From the NCBI GenBank assembly GCA_963664875.1, contig OY761611.1, forward strand, positions 96,001 through 160,000: a DNA stretch of 64,000 bases, read 5' to 3'. Position 1 is the stretch's first letter, and each line of letters begins with the position of its first letter. The translations under genes were made by a program, and so were the position numbers. Under the pieces are notes generated by a model. It was not told where the DNA came from, ran no database searches, and was given only the letters and a program-made list of their open reading frames with translations. Of the stretch, positions 38,493-49,400 are shown one piece after another. The DNA comes from Candidatus Kapaibacterium sp. GTDB taxonomy: Bacteria > Bacteroidota > Ignavibacteria > Kapaibacteriales > UBA2268.

Positions 38493-39860
38493 ATGACTAT
38501 CCAAGGCAGATTAGGTACGCTTATAACGATATGTTTCAGCTCTTTTATTTTCCCGTTTATGGTTTCTGCTCTTGCAGTTGCTTTGCCTCATATCGGTTCA
38601 GATTTTGGAATTAGTCCCGGTGATCTTGGATTAGTGGAAACAAGTTATCTGATTGGTTCATTTCTCATGTTGATACCAATCGGAAAAATTGCTGATAAGG
38701 TAGGCCTTGGAAGGATTTTTGTGCTTGGCGTTGGGACAAATATACTTTTCATGATAGGAGTCGGATTAGCACCAACATACGAGATATTGTTAATCAGCAG
38801 ATTTTTTCAGGGTATTAGTATGTCATTGCCGATAGCAACTGGTAATGCAATACTTACAAATAGCTTTCCTGGGTCGGAGCGAGGAAAAGTCTTGGGCTAT
38901 AATATCGCATCTGTTTACATTGGATTATCGATTGGGCCGTATTTCGGTGGATTGATTGTTGAGCTTCTTTCATGGCATTATATACTCTTTATCTTGAGCG
39001 GAGTAAGTCTTTTTGCTTTTACTTTAGCTTATAAAAATCTTGATTTTTCAAAGAAAGGCGAAATAAGAGACCTTGATTTGAAGACAGCGTTTATTTTTTC
39101 TGCCTCTATTTTGCTTTCTTGGCTTGGGGTTACTCTTTACAAATATTCTGTTTTTTATATCTTGCTGTCTGTGCTGGGAATCATAACACTGATAGCAATA
39201 CTAAAAAATCAGTATAAAAGCGAAAAATCGATAATAGATATAAAGCTGTTCCTTTCCAATAAAGCATTTAGAGACGGCAATATAGTCAATTATATAAATT
39301 ATGCTTCATCTATCGCAGTTACTTATCTTTTTAGTCTCTACCTCCAATATGTTAGAGGCTATGATGCACATGCAGCAGGCTTAGTGCTAATAGCTCAGCC
39401 AATCATGCAGGCTGTGTTTACTCCGATTACCGGCAGACTTTCTGATAAAATAAGTCCTTCTATACTGGTGCTACTCGGAATGATTTCATCTATGATAGGC
39501 ATTTTTATTTCAATTACCCTTACGAATGATTCGAATGTAGCATTGATTTATAGTCTTTTGGTATTCTTTGGTTTAGGATATGCACTATTTTCTTCAGCCA
39601 ACACCAACCAGATGATGTCTAGCGTGGAGCGTCACCAGACAGGAGTTGCATCAAGTATAATAGGAGCCTTGAGGACATTAGGAATGCTAACTAGTATTTC
39701 AATAGCTTCCAGTGCATTCAATTATTTTGTAGGAACTCAAAAGATGAGTGCAGCTTTGACAGATAATTTCCTTGCAGGCATGAGAGTTTCCTTTGTGATA
39801 TTTCTCTTTATCAATATGGTGGGGGTTTTCATAGCCTATAGATTGTTTAAAAATAGATAA
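38493..39860 (+). CDS. MFS transporter (14-TM, DHA2-like)
   Basis: GKIADKVG motif A, RFFQG, ERGKVLG, IGPYFGG, GRLSDK. Confidence 0.9.
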   Translation: MTIQGRLGTLITICFSSFIFPFMVSALAVALPHIGSDFGISPGDLGLVETSYLIGSFLMLIPIGKIADKVGLGRIFVLGVGTNILFMIGVGLAPTYEILLISRFFQGISMSLPIATGNAILTNSFPGSERGKVLGYNIASVYIGLSIGPYFGGLIVELLSWHYILFILSGVSLFAFTLAYKNLDFSKKGEIRDLDLKTAFIFSASILLSWLGVTLYKYSVFYILLSVLGIITLIAILKNQYKSEKSIIDIKLFLSNKAFRDGNIVNYINYASSIAVTYLFSLYLQYVRGYDAHAAGLVLIAQPIMQAVFTPITGRLSDKISPSILVLLGMISSMIGIFISITLTNDSNVALIYSLLVFFGLGYALFSSANTNQMMSSVERHQTGVASSIIGALRTLGMLTSISIASSAFNYFVGTQKMSAALTDNFLAGMRVSFVIFLFINMVGVFIAYRLFKNR

Positions 39861-39945
39861 GTAGCAGGTTTTGACTCGATTAAGCGAATAGTTTTATTCT
39901 CAGTTGAAAAGCAAAAACAGGCACAAAGCTTCAGTGAGTATAAAA

Positions 39946-39979
39946 AGACAAACGCTCTGCAAAAAGCAGAGCGTCTGTT
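39946..39979. terminator. Bidirectional terminator
   Basis: ACGCTCTGC-AAAAA-GCAGAGCGT hairpin between convergent genes. Confidence 0.75.
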
Positions 39980-39992
39980 GGAAAAAAGTCAA

Positions 39993-40085
39993 TTATTTAC
40001 GTTTTTTATGACGATTTTTACGAAGTCTTTTTTTCCTTTTGTGTGTAGCCATTTTATGGCGTTTTCTTTTTTTACCGCAAGGCAT
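39993..40085 (-). CDS. 30S ribosomal protein bS22 (AURKAIP1/COX24, mS38-like), 30 aa
   Basis: Not in the ORF track. MPCGKKRKRHKMATHKRKKRLRKNRHKKRK*, with RBS GAAGGAG upstream. Confidence 0.9.
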   Translation of the reverse strand: MPCGKKRKRHKMATHKRKKRLRKNRHKKRK

Positions 40086-40198
40086 AACTTCTTCCTTCTT
40101 TAAATCAACTTGTTATATCGATAAATTCTTTAATTTGCCAACTGAGTAGGCTACCAATATAAAAAAACTTTTTTAGAAAAAAAAATATGTTTTAGAAA

Positions 40199-40513
40199 TT
40201 AGTCGAGAGACTCACCATTATTATTTTTAGTCTGCATTTCCGAATCCACTCTTTTAGCGAAATCAGGAGATGGTTTAAAAATAGGAACATATCTTTTTTC
40301 TAACTGTACTTCTTCTCCGGTTTTTGGGTTTCGAGCTTTTCGAGGTTTGCGGCTTTTGTATTGAAATACTCCAAAACCGCGAAGTTCGATTCTATGACCT
40401 TGGGCGATAGAAGCTTTTATGCTTTCAAAAACGCCTTCGACAACTTCTTTAGTATCTCTTTTCGTTAAACCGGTAGCCTTGGCGATTTCGTCAACAATGT
40501 CTGCTTTTGTCAT
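40199..40513 (-). CDS. hup: HU/IHF family DNA-binding protein
   Basis: MTKADIV, IELRGFGVF, ARNPKTGE, PIFKPS. Confidence 0.9.
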   Translation of the reverse strand: MTKADIVDEIAKATGLTKRDTKEVVEGVFESIKASIAQGHRIELRGFGVFQYKSRKPRKARNPKTGEEVQLEKRYVPIFKPSPDFAKRVDSEMQTKNNNGESLD

Positions 40514-40719
40514 AATTTTCCCAGCAATATTTATTGAAACACTAATCTATTTTGCAAATGCATAAAGGAAAACAAATTTACGAAAACTGCTTTCTAAAAA
40601 AAAATAATTTCGTGTATTGAACAAGTTTTAATTCCAAACGTATAGTTTATTTGAAATTTTGTGCTAAATAAGGTAATTTAGTACTTTGCAAAAAAGGACA
40701 ATTTCCTTAGGAGTAAAAT

Positions 40720-41556
40720 ATGGACTGGAAATCTCAGTTAGATGCCAATGAAAGCGGTATCCAAAAGGATATTGTTGAAAAAGGAAAGATGCCCAAGCAT
40801 ATTGCTATTATCATGGATGGTAATGGCAGGTGGGCTCAGGAAAGAAATCAATCCAGAATCAATGGTCATAGAGAAGGTATAGAATCTGTTCGCGATATAG
40901 TAAAAGTTTCTTCGCAGTTGGGCATAGAATACTTAACTTTGTATGCCTTTTCTATAGAAAACTGGAAAAGACCCATTACGGAAGTTGGCGGACTGATGAA
41001 ACTATTAGAGCATTACCTAAAAGCAGAGCTCGATGAGTTACACGAAAATAATGTAAGATTGAAATCAATCGGAAAAATGAGTTCGCTGCCAAAGGTTGTG
41101 CAGAAACTTTTGCAAAATGCTCAGGAAAAAACTAAAGACAATACCGGACTTACATTGACCTTAGCTCTTAGCTATAGTGGAAGATGGGATATCGTAAGAG
41201 CCGTACAGATGATTGCTCTCGATGTCAGAAGCGGCAAAGTCTCTCCGGAAGATATCTCAGAAGAAACATTTTCTGATTATTTGCAGACTAAGGAACTTCC
41301 GGATCCTGACTTACTAATTCGCACAAGCGGAGAAATGAGACTTAGCAATTTCCTTTTATGGGAAATGGCTTACGGCGAAATCTATATCAAAGATAAGTTT
41401 TGGCCTGAATTCAGAAGAGAAGATTTGTATGAAGCTCTCTATAATTTCCAAAACAGAGAAAGAAGATTTGGTAAAACTTCTTCACAGCTTCAAAATGAAA
41501 ATGAGGAAACAGAATCATATATCAAACGGGTTGTTAATGTATTTAAAAAATCATAA
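40720..41556 (+). CDS. uppS: Undecaprenyl diphosphate synthase
   Basis: HIAIIMDGNGRWA, YAFSIENWKRP, DLLIRTSGEMRLSNFLLW, RERRFG. Confidence 0.96.
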   Translation: MDWKSQLDANESGIQKDIVEKGKMPKHIAIIMDGNGRWAQERNQSRINGHREGIESVRDIVKVSSQLGIEYLTLYAFSIENWKRPITEVGGLMKLLEHYLKAELDELHENNVRLKSIGKMSSLPKVVQKLLQNAQEKTKDNTGLTLTLALSYSGRWDIVRAVQMIALDVRSGKVSPEDISEETFSDYLQTKELPDPDLLIRTSGEMRLSNFLLWEMAYGEIYIKDKFWPEFRREDLYEALYNFQNRERRFGKTSSQLQNENEETESYIKRVVNVFKKS

Positions 41557-43915
41557 TTTTTGGCTATTGATTCTACTGTTCTTTTGTAGTTCAGTAATTC
41601 TAAATGCACAGTTCGGAGGGGGAGCTAACAGCCCGACGAGACAAACATTTACTATTGCAGGTGTGTCTGTTGAAGGCAATGAATTTGCAGATCCTGCTAC
41701 AATTATTACTCTTTCCGGATTGAGGGTGGGAAGTAAAATCAATCCTTATGCTGACAATACTATCCAAAAAGCTATTAAGCAGCTTTGGGAAAGAAAACAG
41801 TTTTCTGAGGTTGAGATAAGTGTTGACAAATTAGCACCAATTGGTATTTTCCTGAAAATAACCGTCAAAGAATTTCCCAGACTAAATGATATTGTCATAA
41901 ACGGTAACGATGAAATAGATACCAAAGACATAGAAGACGCTACCGAAAAAGTGCGTGGCGATATCATGTCCGGCTACGAAGTTTACAAAACAAAAAAAGC
42001 AGTAAAAGCTCTTTACAACGAAGAAGGTCTGACCTTTGCAAAGGTTGAAGCCGAGTTGGAATCTACTTCGAGAGAAGCTTATGCCGATTTGGTTTTAAAT
42101 ATTGAAGAAGGCGTGCAGTTCTACTGTAATTCTATAGTTTTTGATGGTAATGTGGCTTTTGATGATTCTGATTTAGCATCTGAATTTGATGATACCAAAA
42201 CTACTTCCTGGTATGAATTTTGGGCTTCCTCCAAATTTGACAAAAACAAATACGAAGAAGATAAAGAACTTTTATTGAATTTCTACAAGTCAAAAGGCTA
42301 TGTGGATGCAGAAATAATCAGCGACACTTTAATATACGACGAAGAAAATGAAAGTGTGGCAGTTAATATCAAAATCAATGAAGGACGCCAAATCTTTATA
42401 CGTAATATTGTGTTTGACGGCAATACTGTCTATAACGACGAAGAACTCTACCGCAGGTTAGATTTTAAAACCGGTGATACTTACGATAAAGAAAAGTTCA
42501 AAATGAATCTTACCGGCAACGAAGAGCAGAGCGATTGTGCTTCTCTTTATCTTGATAACGGCTACCTTACTGCAAGATTAGAACCATTAGAGAGACGTGT
42601 CGAAGGAGATAGTGTAGATATCACAATCAATATCTTTGAAAATGACAGATTTAGAATCAGACATGTCAAAATAATTGGCAATGACAAAACTAAAGATAAA
42701 GTTATAAGACGCGAGCTCTATACAAGACCCGGCGATTACTTCTCAAAAAGTTCGCTTATACGTAGTGTTCGGGCTCTTGGGATGCTTAATTATTTCAATC
42801 CTGAAGCACTGAAACCAGATGTGCAACCTGTAGATAACACAAACGTCGATTTGTCTTATACTCTTGAAGAAAGATCAACCGATACATTTAATGCACAGAT
42901 TGGTTATGCAGGATCTTTTGGTATGACTGGTGCAATCGGTTTTACTTTTAATAACTTTTCTCTCTTGGAGCCTTTCAAAGGCGGTTCAGGTCAGGTTTTC
43001 AATCTTAATTGGGAATTTGGTTACAACAACCGTCTTCAAAACTTCTCGATTGGTTTCACTGAGCCATGGCTGATGAACACTCCAACTACTATCGGTTTTA
43101 ATCTTTTTAGTTCTAAAATCAATTATGGATATAGCTTAAAAAGGACAGGCTTGGGTGTAAACTTAGGTCGTCGTTTCCGCTGGCCTGATGATTATTGGAG
43201 AGGTGACTGGAGCGTAAGAATTCAGCAGAATGACATCACAGAAGGTGGCTCTTATTATTATTTACCGGGACAAAACACAGAGATAGCTTTAGGTCAAACT
43301 ATTTCAAGAATAAGTCTTAACAGTCCGTTTTTTGCAACCAGCGGTTCAAAATTCAGCTGGGGCTTAAACTATGCAATGGGTAATCTTGGCTTAGGCTCTG
43401 TGGATTACCTCAAAAACGAACTTACTTATGAAATGTATAATCCATTGATGCAGGTGCAGGGCAATGACAGATTGATTCTTGCAATGAAAGCTCAATGGGG
43501 ATATTTGACTTACCTGCAAACTGATTCTACAATATCTCCTATTGATTACTACTATATGGGTGGTAACGGTCTTAGCGGTATTGGTGTTACTCCTCTCAGG
43601 GGCTATGACGACAGAGCTATCGGAGGATACAAATGGAACAGAGTAATGTCAAAATACACAGCCGAACTCAGACTTGCCTTGTCAGTCAATCCAATGCCAA
43701 TTTATGTATTTGGTTTTGCAGAGGCAGGTAACGTTTGGACTACCTTGAGCAGCACTGATCCTTTTGATTTGAAACGATCTGCAGGTATCGGTATTCAGAT
43801 GCTTGTGCAGCCAATCGGTATTCTTGGGTTCAGTTACGGTTACGGTTTCGATAAGCCAACCGGCTCAAGTGAGATATCAGGCTGGAGATTCTTATTCCAC
43901 TTAGGACCACAATAA
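41537..43915 (+). CDS. bamA: Outer membrane protein assembly factor BamA
   Basis: POTRA repeats (GNDKTKDKVIRREL), FTEPW, LRGY, GFSYGYGFD. Start placed at ATG 41537. Confidence 0.95.
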   Translation: MYLKNHNFWLLILLFFCSSVILNAQFGGGANSPTRQTFTIAGVSVEGNEFADPATIITLSGLRVGSKINPYADNTIQKAIKQLWERKQFSEVEISVDKLAPIGIFLKITVKEFPRLNDIVINGNDEIDTKDIEDATEKVRGDIMSGYEVYKTKKAVKALYNEEGLTFAKVEAELESTSREAYADLVLNIEEGVQFYCNSIVFDGNVAFDDSDLASEFDDTKTTSWYEFWASSKFDKNKYEEDKELLLNFYKSKGYVDAEIISDTLIYDEENESVAVNIKINEGRQIFIRNIVFDGNTVYNDEELYRRLDFKTGDTYDKEKFKMNLTGNEEQSDCASLYLDNGYLTARLEPLERRVEGDSVDITINIFENDRFRIRHVKIIGNDKTKDKVIRRELYTRPGDYFSKSSLIRSVRALGMLNYFNPEALKPDVQPVDNTNVDLSYTLEERSTDTFNAQIGYAGSFGMTGAIGFTFNNFSLLEPFKGGSGQVFNLNWEFGYNNRLQNFSIGFTEPWLMNTPTTIGFNLFSSKINYGYSLKRTGLGVNLGRRFRWPDDYWRGDWSVRIQQNDITEGGSYYYLPGQNTEIALGQTISRISLNSPFFATSGSKFSWGLNYAMGNLGLGSVDYLKNELTYEMYNPLMQVQGNDRLILAMKAQWGYLTYLQTDSTISPIDYYYMGGNGLSGIGVTPLRGYDDRAIGGYKWNRVMSKYTAELRLALSVNPMPIYVFGFAEAGNVWTTLSSTDPFDLKRSAGIGIQMLVQPIGILGFSYGYGFDKPTGSSEISGWRFLFHLGPQ

Positions 43916-43946
43916 AATAATATTTCTAATACAAATGGGGTTTATC

Positions 43947-44474
43947 ATGAAAAAAATCTTGATGTTAATGTTATTCGTTTTCGGAATGGCATTTTCAACT
44001 ACACAATCTCAGGCACAAGCTGTAAAAGTTGGTGTTGTAGATGTAATCACAATTCTTAAAGAAATGCCGGATGCAAAAGTTGTCGATAAAGAGTTGCAGG
44101 AAATCGGTCTGAAATGGCAGGACACACTGATGACTATGCAAAAAGACCTTGAAGCAAAAATCGAGCAATACAGAAAACAAAAAACTATGATGCCGGCAGA
44201 TCAGCAAGCAAAAACAGAAGCAGAATTGCAGGCTTTGAACCAAAACTTAATGCAGTACAATCAGGAAAAATTTGGTCAACAAGGCGAATTGGCTATCATT
44301 AGAGACCAAAAATTGGAACCAATCAGAGAAAAAGTAAAATCTGCTATCGAAAAAGTTTCTAAAGAAGAAAAACTTAACCTTGTTATCGAAAAAACTTCAA
44401 TGATTCTATATTTTGACGATGCAATGGAAATTACATACAAAGTATTGGATGTAATTAAAAGAGGCGCTAAATAA
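43947..44474 (+). CDS. skp: OmpH/Skp periplasmic chaperone
   Basis: Signal peptide, KVGVVD, coiled coil, EITYKVL; directly after bamA. Confidence 0.9.
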   Translation: MKKILMLMLFVFGMAFSTTQSQAQAVKVGVVDVITILKEMPDAKVVDKELQEIGLKWQDTLMTMQKDLEAKIEQYRKQKTMMPADQQAKTEAELQALNQNLMQYNQEKFGQQGELAIIRDQKLEPIREKVKSAIEKVSKEEKLNLVIEKTSMILYFDDAMEITYKVLDVIKRGAK

Positions 44475-44543
44475 ACTTTTTTTTGACTAAGTGGTACTAT
44501 TGTTTAGTGCCACTTATTATATTTTATATTTTCGGAATCTGAC

Positions 44544-45296
44544 ATGAGAAAATCTATCATCTTTTTGACTCTTTGCCTTTCTTTTTTTCTTACCGGAGAG
44601 CTGTTAGCTCAAAAGGTAGGTTTTATAAATTCTAATACAATACGAACAAAGTTCCCGGAAGCACTTTCTGCTGAGCAAAGAGTTCAGTCTATAGTCGAAG
44701 ATTGGAAAAGAGAGCTTTCAGAAACTCAAACTCAAATCGAAGAATTAGAATTTGAAATGGAAAAAAACAGGCTTATCTGGAGTTCCAGAGAAAAAGCCGC
44801 TAAAGAAAGAAGATTAAAAGAGTTATTGAAAGAAAGAGAAAGCTTTGCTAAAGTCAAATTCGAATCCGGTGGTGAATACGACAAAATAGTGAAAGATATG
44901 ATGCGACCGATAGAAGAGAAAATTTATGCTGCTGTGCAGCAGGTTGCCTCAGACGAAGGTTATGATATTATCCTTGATCAAAGTATTCAGCCTATACCTT
45001 ACGTAAATTTTAAATATGATTTGACTATCAAGGTGCTTAAGGTATTAGGAGTCGATACCGACGAACTCGAAAAAGATTTACAGCAAAAAATTGACAAAGA
45101 CCCAAGAAATCAGAAAAAAGAGAGCAAAAAGCCACGTAGCCGAAAAGCTTCAAGGTCAAGAAATGACCCAACAAAAGCTCAGGAAATACAGGAAGAGATA
45201 GAACAAAAATCAGAAACTGAAAAAAATGCTGCAGAAGAGCCACAAAGCTCAGAAGAAGAAAAAAATGAAAACAAAGAAGAGCAAGAAATAAAGTAG
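44544..45296 (+). CDS. skp: Second OmpH/Skp paralogue with a charged C-terminal extension
   Basis: AQKVGFINS, GYDIILD, YDLTIKVL, then a K/R-rich and an E-rich tail. Confidence 0.85.
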   Translation: MRKSIIFLTLCLSFFLTGELLAQKVGFINSNTIRTKFPEALSAEQRVQSIVEDWKRELSETQTQIEELEFEMEKNRLIWSSREKAAKERRLKELLKERESFAKVKFESGGEYDKIVKDMMRPIEEKIYAAVQQVASDEGYDIILDQSIQPIPYVNFKYDLTIKVLKVLGVDTDELEKDLQQKIDKDPRNQKKESKKPRSRKASRSRNDPTKAQEIQEEIEQKSETEKNAAEEPQSSEEEKNENKEEQEIK

Positions 45297-45304
45297 TTGA
45301 TATC

Positions 45305-46363
45305 ATGATAAATATTAAAACTAAAGAACTTGCAGAAAAAATAAACGGTCGCCTGATTGGTTCGGGTGACCGTTCTATTTTTAATTTGAATAAAATATCA
45401 GATGCAAAAGAAGGCGAGCTTACTTTCCTTAATGATGAAAAGTACCTGCATTTTCTCAGCTCAACAAAAGCGAGCTGCATACTGATAAAAGAGTCTTTCG
45501 AAAAAGAATGTACCAACGATAATGCCGATTATATTATTGTTGATAATCCGCATGCCTCTTTTGTAGGGGTGATGATGGAAATAGCAAAGATGCAAAAACA
45601 AAAACAGCATCATATCAGCCCAGCCGCACATATAGCCGAGACTGCTGTGATTGCTGATAATGTTACAATCGAAGCCGGTGTTGTCATCGGAGATAATGTA
45701 CGAATTGCCCAAGGAACTGTAATAAGAGCTAACAGCACTATTTACGAAAATGTTACTTTAGGCGAACACTGTTGTATTAATGCCAATGTAACTCTTTACA
45801 ATGATACAATAATCGGAAATAATTGCATAATACATTCAGGTACTGTAATTGGTGCTGACGGCTTTGGCTATATTGAACATCCCGATGGGTCTTTTACAAA
45901 AGTGCCGCAACTTGGCAACGTAGTCATCCATGATGATGTTGAAATCGGAGCGAATTGCACAATAGATAGGGCGATGATAGGCTCTACTATTATCAAATCA
46001 GGCGTCAAGCTTGACAATTTGGTTCATATCGCTCATAACTGCGAGATTGGCAAAAACTCTGCCTCTGCAGCTCAAACAGGCGTATCAGGAAGTACTATAG
46101 TTGGCGAAAGAGTTAGATTGGGTGGTCAGGTAGGCCTGGCAGGTCATTTGACTATTGCGGACGATGTGAAGCTGCTGGCACAATCCGGTGTAGCCAAAAC
46201 AATTGATAAAAAAGGAACTTATTTCGGAGCTCCTGCTAAAGATCAAATGAAAGCGTTCAAAATAGAAGCTGTGATAAGACAATTGCCTGAATTGCTTTCA
46301 GATTTGAGAGATTTGCAGAAAAAAGTAAAAAAAATTGAAGAAAATAAGGGGCAAGACCTTTAG
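45305..46363 (+). CDS. lpxD: UDP-3-O-(3-hydroxyacyl)glucosamine N-acyltransferase
   Basis: Hexapeptide repeats, IGADGFG, VEIGANCTIDR, KLDNLVHIAHN. Confidence 0.96.
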   Translation: MINIKTKELAEKINGRLIGSGDRSIFNLNKISDAKEGELTFLNDEKYLHFLSSTKASCILIKESFEKECTNDNADYIIVDNPHASFVGVMMEIAKMQKQKQHHISPAAHIAETAVIADNVTIEAGVVIGDNVRIAQGTVIRANSTIYENVTLGEHCCINANVTLYNDTIIGNNCIIHSGTVIGADGFGYIEHPDGSFTKVPQLGNVVIHDDVEIGANCTIDRAMIGSTIIKSGVKLDNLVHIAHNCEIGKNSASAAQTGVSGSTIVGERVRLGGQVGLAGHLTIADDVKLLAQSGVAKTIDKKGTYFGAPAKDQMKAFKIEAVIRQLPELLSDLRDLQKKVKKIEENKGQDL

Positions 46364-46456
46364 CTCAATTTTAGAATGATAGTTTTATTTTAGTATATTT
46401 GTAACAAAATACCTTTTCCGGACTCTTTCTATTAAACGTAGAACTTGAGAACAAAT

Positions 46457-49400
46457 ATGCTAAAATATGCTGTAATAATAATTTCATTGCTGATAATGCC
46501 AAGTCTTTTGACTGCGGCGTCATCGGCAATTTTTATTACAGACCTCTCTGAATATCCGATAATACATGCGAATATTTACTTCTTAGATGATGATGGCAAG
46601 CCTATATACGACATTCAGGAGAGCGATATAACCATAAATGAAAACGGTATTCCTTCTGATATTATTGATTTTACCTGCCAATCCGGTTCCGTAGGAAAGG
46701 CTGTCTCATCGATACTAACAGTTGATGTCTCAGGCTCAATGACCCGCGAGAAAACAGATAATGCAAGAAACGCAATAACTCAGTGGATTGATTTGCTTCC
46801 TGATCAAGAACTTGCAGCGATTACAAGCTTTAACAAGCATAATTATTTACTGAGAGATTTTACTTCAGATAAATCCTTACTTAAAAAATCACTCAATTTT
46901 ATTGATGGTAATGGCGGAACAGATTTTGACAATGCTTTTTTCGGAGTCCCTGCCGGAATTTTCAATCTTACTCCAAATTCCAAAGATAGACCAGTCATCA
47001 TTCTTTATACTGATGGTGAGGGGAATGCCGATTATCAAAAAATTGTAACAGAGGCACAAAAAGTAAATGCAAGGATATATGCTTTCGTAACCGGAGATGA
47101 AATTCCATTTTTTCTTTCTGAAATATCAGAAAAGACCGGTGGTAAAGTTTTTGGAACAACTCTTGCAAATAGTGATGTAGAAAATGCTTACAAATACATT
47201 TTTCAGGACTCTCATGATTATAAGCCATGTTCCATCAGCTGGGTTTCTACTTCATGTAATGCTGAAAAAAATATAGAAATAAGAGTTGATTCGAAAGGAA
47301 TAGTACAAAATCTTTTATTTAGTGTAGATAAAAGCTACTTACCTCATTTTGCTTATCCAAATTCAAATACAGTTGACTTCGGTACAGTTCCTATCGGGAA
47401 TATTGCCAATAGGAAGGTTAGATTAGAGGCAGTTTATGATGATTTTACTATCGATACAATAATCAGCTCCAATCCGAGCTTCGGTATTGATCTTGAAGGA
47501 CTATCTTATCCTTTAAGTATTAAGCAGGGGATACCTGTCGATTTATCTATTGAATACCAAAGTGATAATGAAAATTATACTCTTTCTACTTTCGAGATAG
47601 TTTCCGATGCTTGTCAAGGTAATACTTTTTTTGCAATAGCAGGTGGCAAAACCAATCCTGCTGCAGATTCTCTTTTGAAAGTAATTTTTCCAAACGGCGA
47701 TGAGAAGTTAGTTGCAGGCTCAGATACTACTATCATTTGGGAAGGAATCTCCTCGAAAGATACAGTGTCGATAGAATACACTACAAACGGTACCGATTGG
47801 AAACTTGTCTCCCAGTATGCTGATGGTCTATCATATCGATGGCAAGTACCTTATGATATTTCGAGTACTTGTAGAATAAGATTGAAACATACCAATACAT
47901 CTTTGGAATCAGGAGATAATTATATCATTGATGGCCACAACAGACAGGTAAATAAAATTGTCTGGGGACGCAATGATTTTGATACACTATTCAGTGCTTC
48001 GAGAGACGGCACTCTAAAAAAATGGTATTATAAGTACAAAAAAGAGTTTTTGATTCTTACAGGTCAGATAAATGTTTCGGATATAACTCAAAACACCGGG
48101 AATTTAATAGCAAGCATCTCCTCTGATGAAAGAGTGAAAGTTTATAATACAATCACAAGTGAACTTTTGGCAGATTACGGTCAATCTTCAGGTATTAGAA
48201 GTGTTGATTGGTCTAAGGACAGCAGATTTATCAGCGGAGGAAGTAACGACGGTACTATTTTGATTTGGAAGCTCTCTGATAAAGTAAACGCAATTGCTTC
48301 ATCAAAGCTACACTCTGCCTCTGTGATAGATATACAATGGAATCCTTCCTCGAACCTAATAGCAAGTGCCGACGAAGATGGGAATATTATTGTGTCAGAT
48401 ATGAAACTACAATCCGGTAGCTATATCATTTCTCAGATAGCTGTTTTCCCGAAATATCAATATAAAATAAACAGTCTTGAGTGGATTTCTGATACAAAAT
48501 TTGCTGTTGCTGCACAAAATGAAGAAGTAAAAATATGGGATATAAATCAATTGTCGCTTCCTGTATCATATTTAAGAAATGATATTAGCGAAAATATAAT
48601 TGACTTAGATTATAATTCCACTCAAAAAATAATTGCTACTGCAGGCACATTGAACGGTGTTAGAATTTTTGATTTATCGCAACTTAGGTCATCGTATCAG
48701 CCGATATTTCAATATTCCGGGCACTCATCTCAGTTAAGCTCTGTCTCAGTTAGATTTGACGGCACTACCGTTGCTTCTGCAGATAATGAAGGTAAAATAC
48801 ATATTTGGAAAATAGGTGAATCGACTGAAGAATACAAAGCTCTGCAAGACGATGTTTCCGATAAAGACTTCTCTATAGTTGCGGCGACTGTTGTTGCAAA
48901 AGATATAGATTTTGGAAAGACTTTACTTGGATTTCCTTCTGATAGTGTGCTTAGTAAATTTGTAACCAATAATTATACATTTCCTATCAGCATAGATTCT
49001 ATATCAATCGAAGGCTCAGAAAAAGATAGGTTTGAGCTACAAAAAACGTTTAAAAATTATCGATTGTTGCCAAAAGACAGCTTGATACTTGTGATAAAAT
49101 CATTGAATAACCAAGCGGGAGATATTGAAGCAGATATAGTAATTTATTATAATTCGCTCAAATCTACAGCTAAGATTAGAGCCAACGTAATACAAAGCCA
49201 GATAGATATAGATAATCGTTACTTTTTTATTGGGAAGGCAAACCTTGATACGCTGGTAAGCAGAAGAATTACCTGTTTAAAAAATCTATCCGGACAGAAG
49301 ATTTCGATAAAATCATTAGAACTTCAAAAGATTAACGACGACAGATTCGAGTTTAACAATATAACCGGCAATGTTATTTCTCCGGCAGATTCATTAGTTG

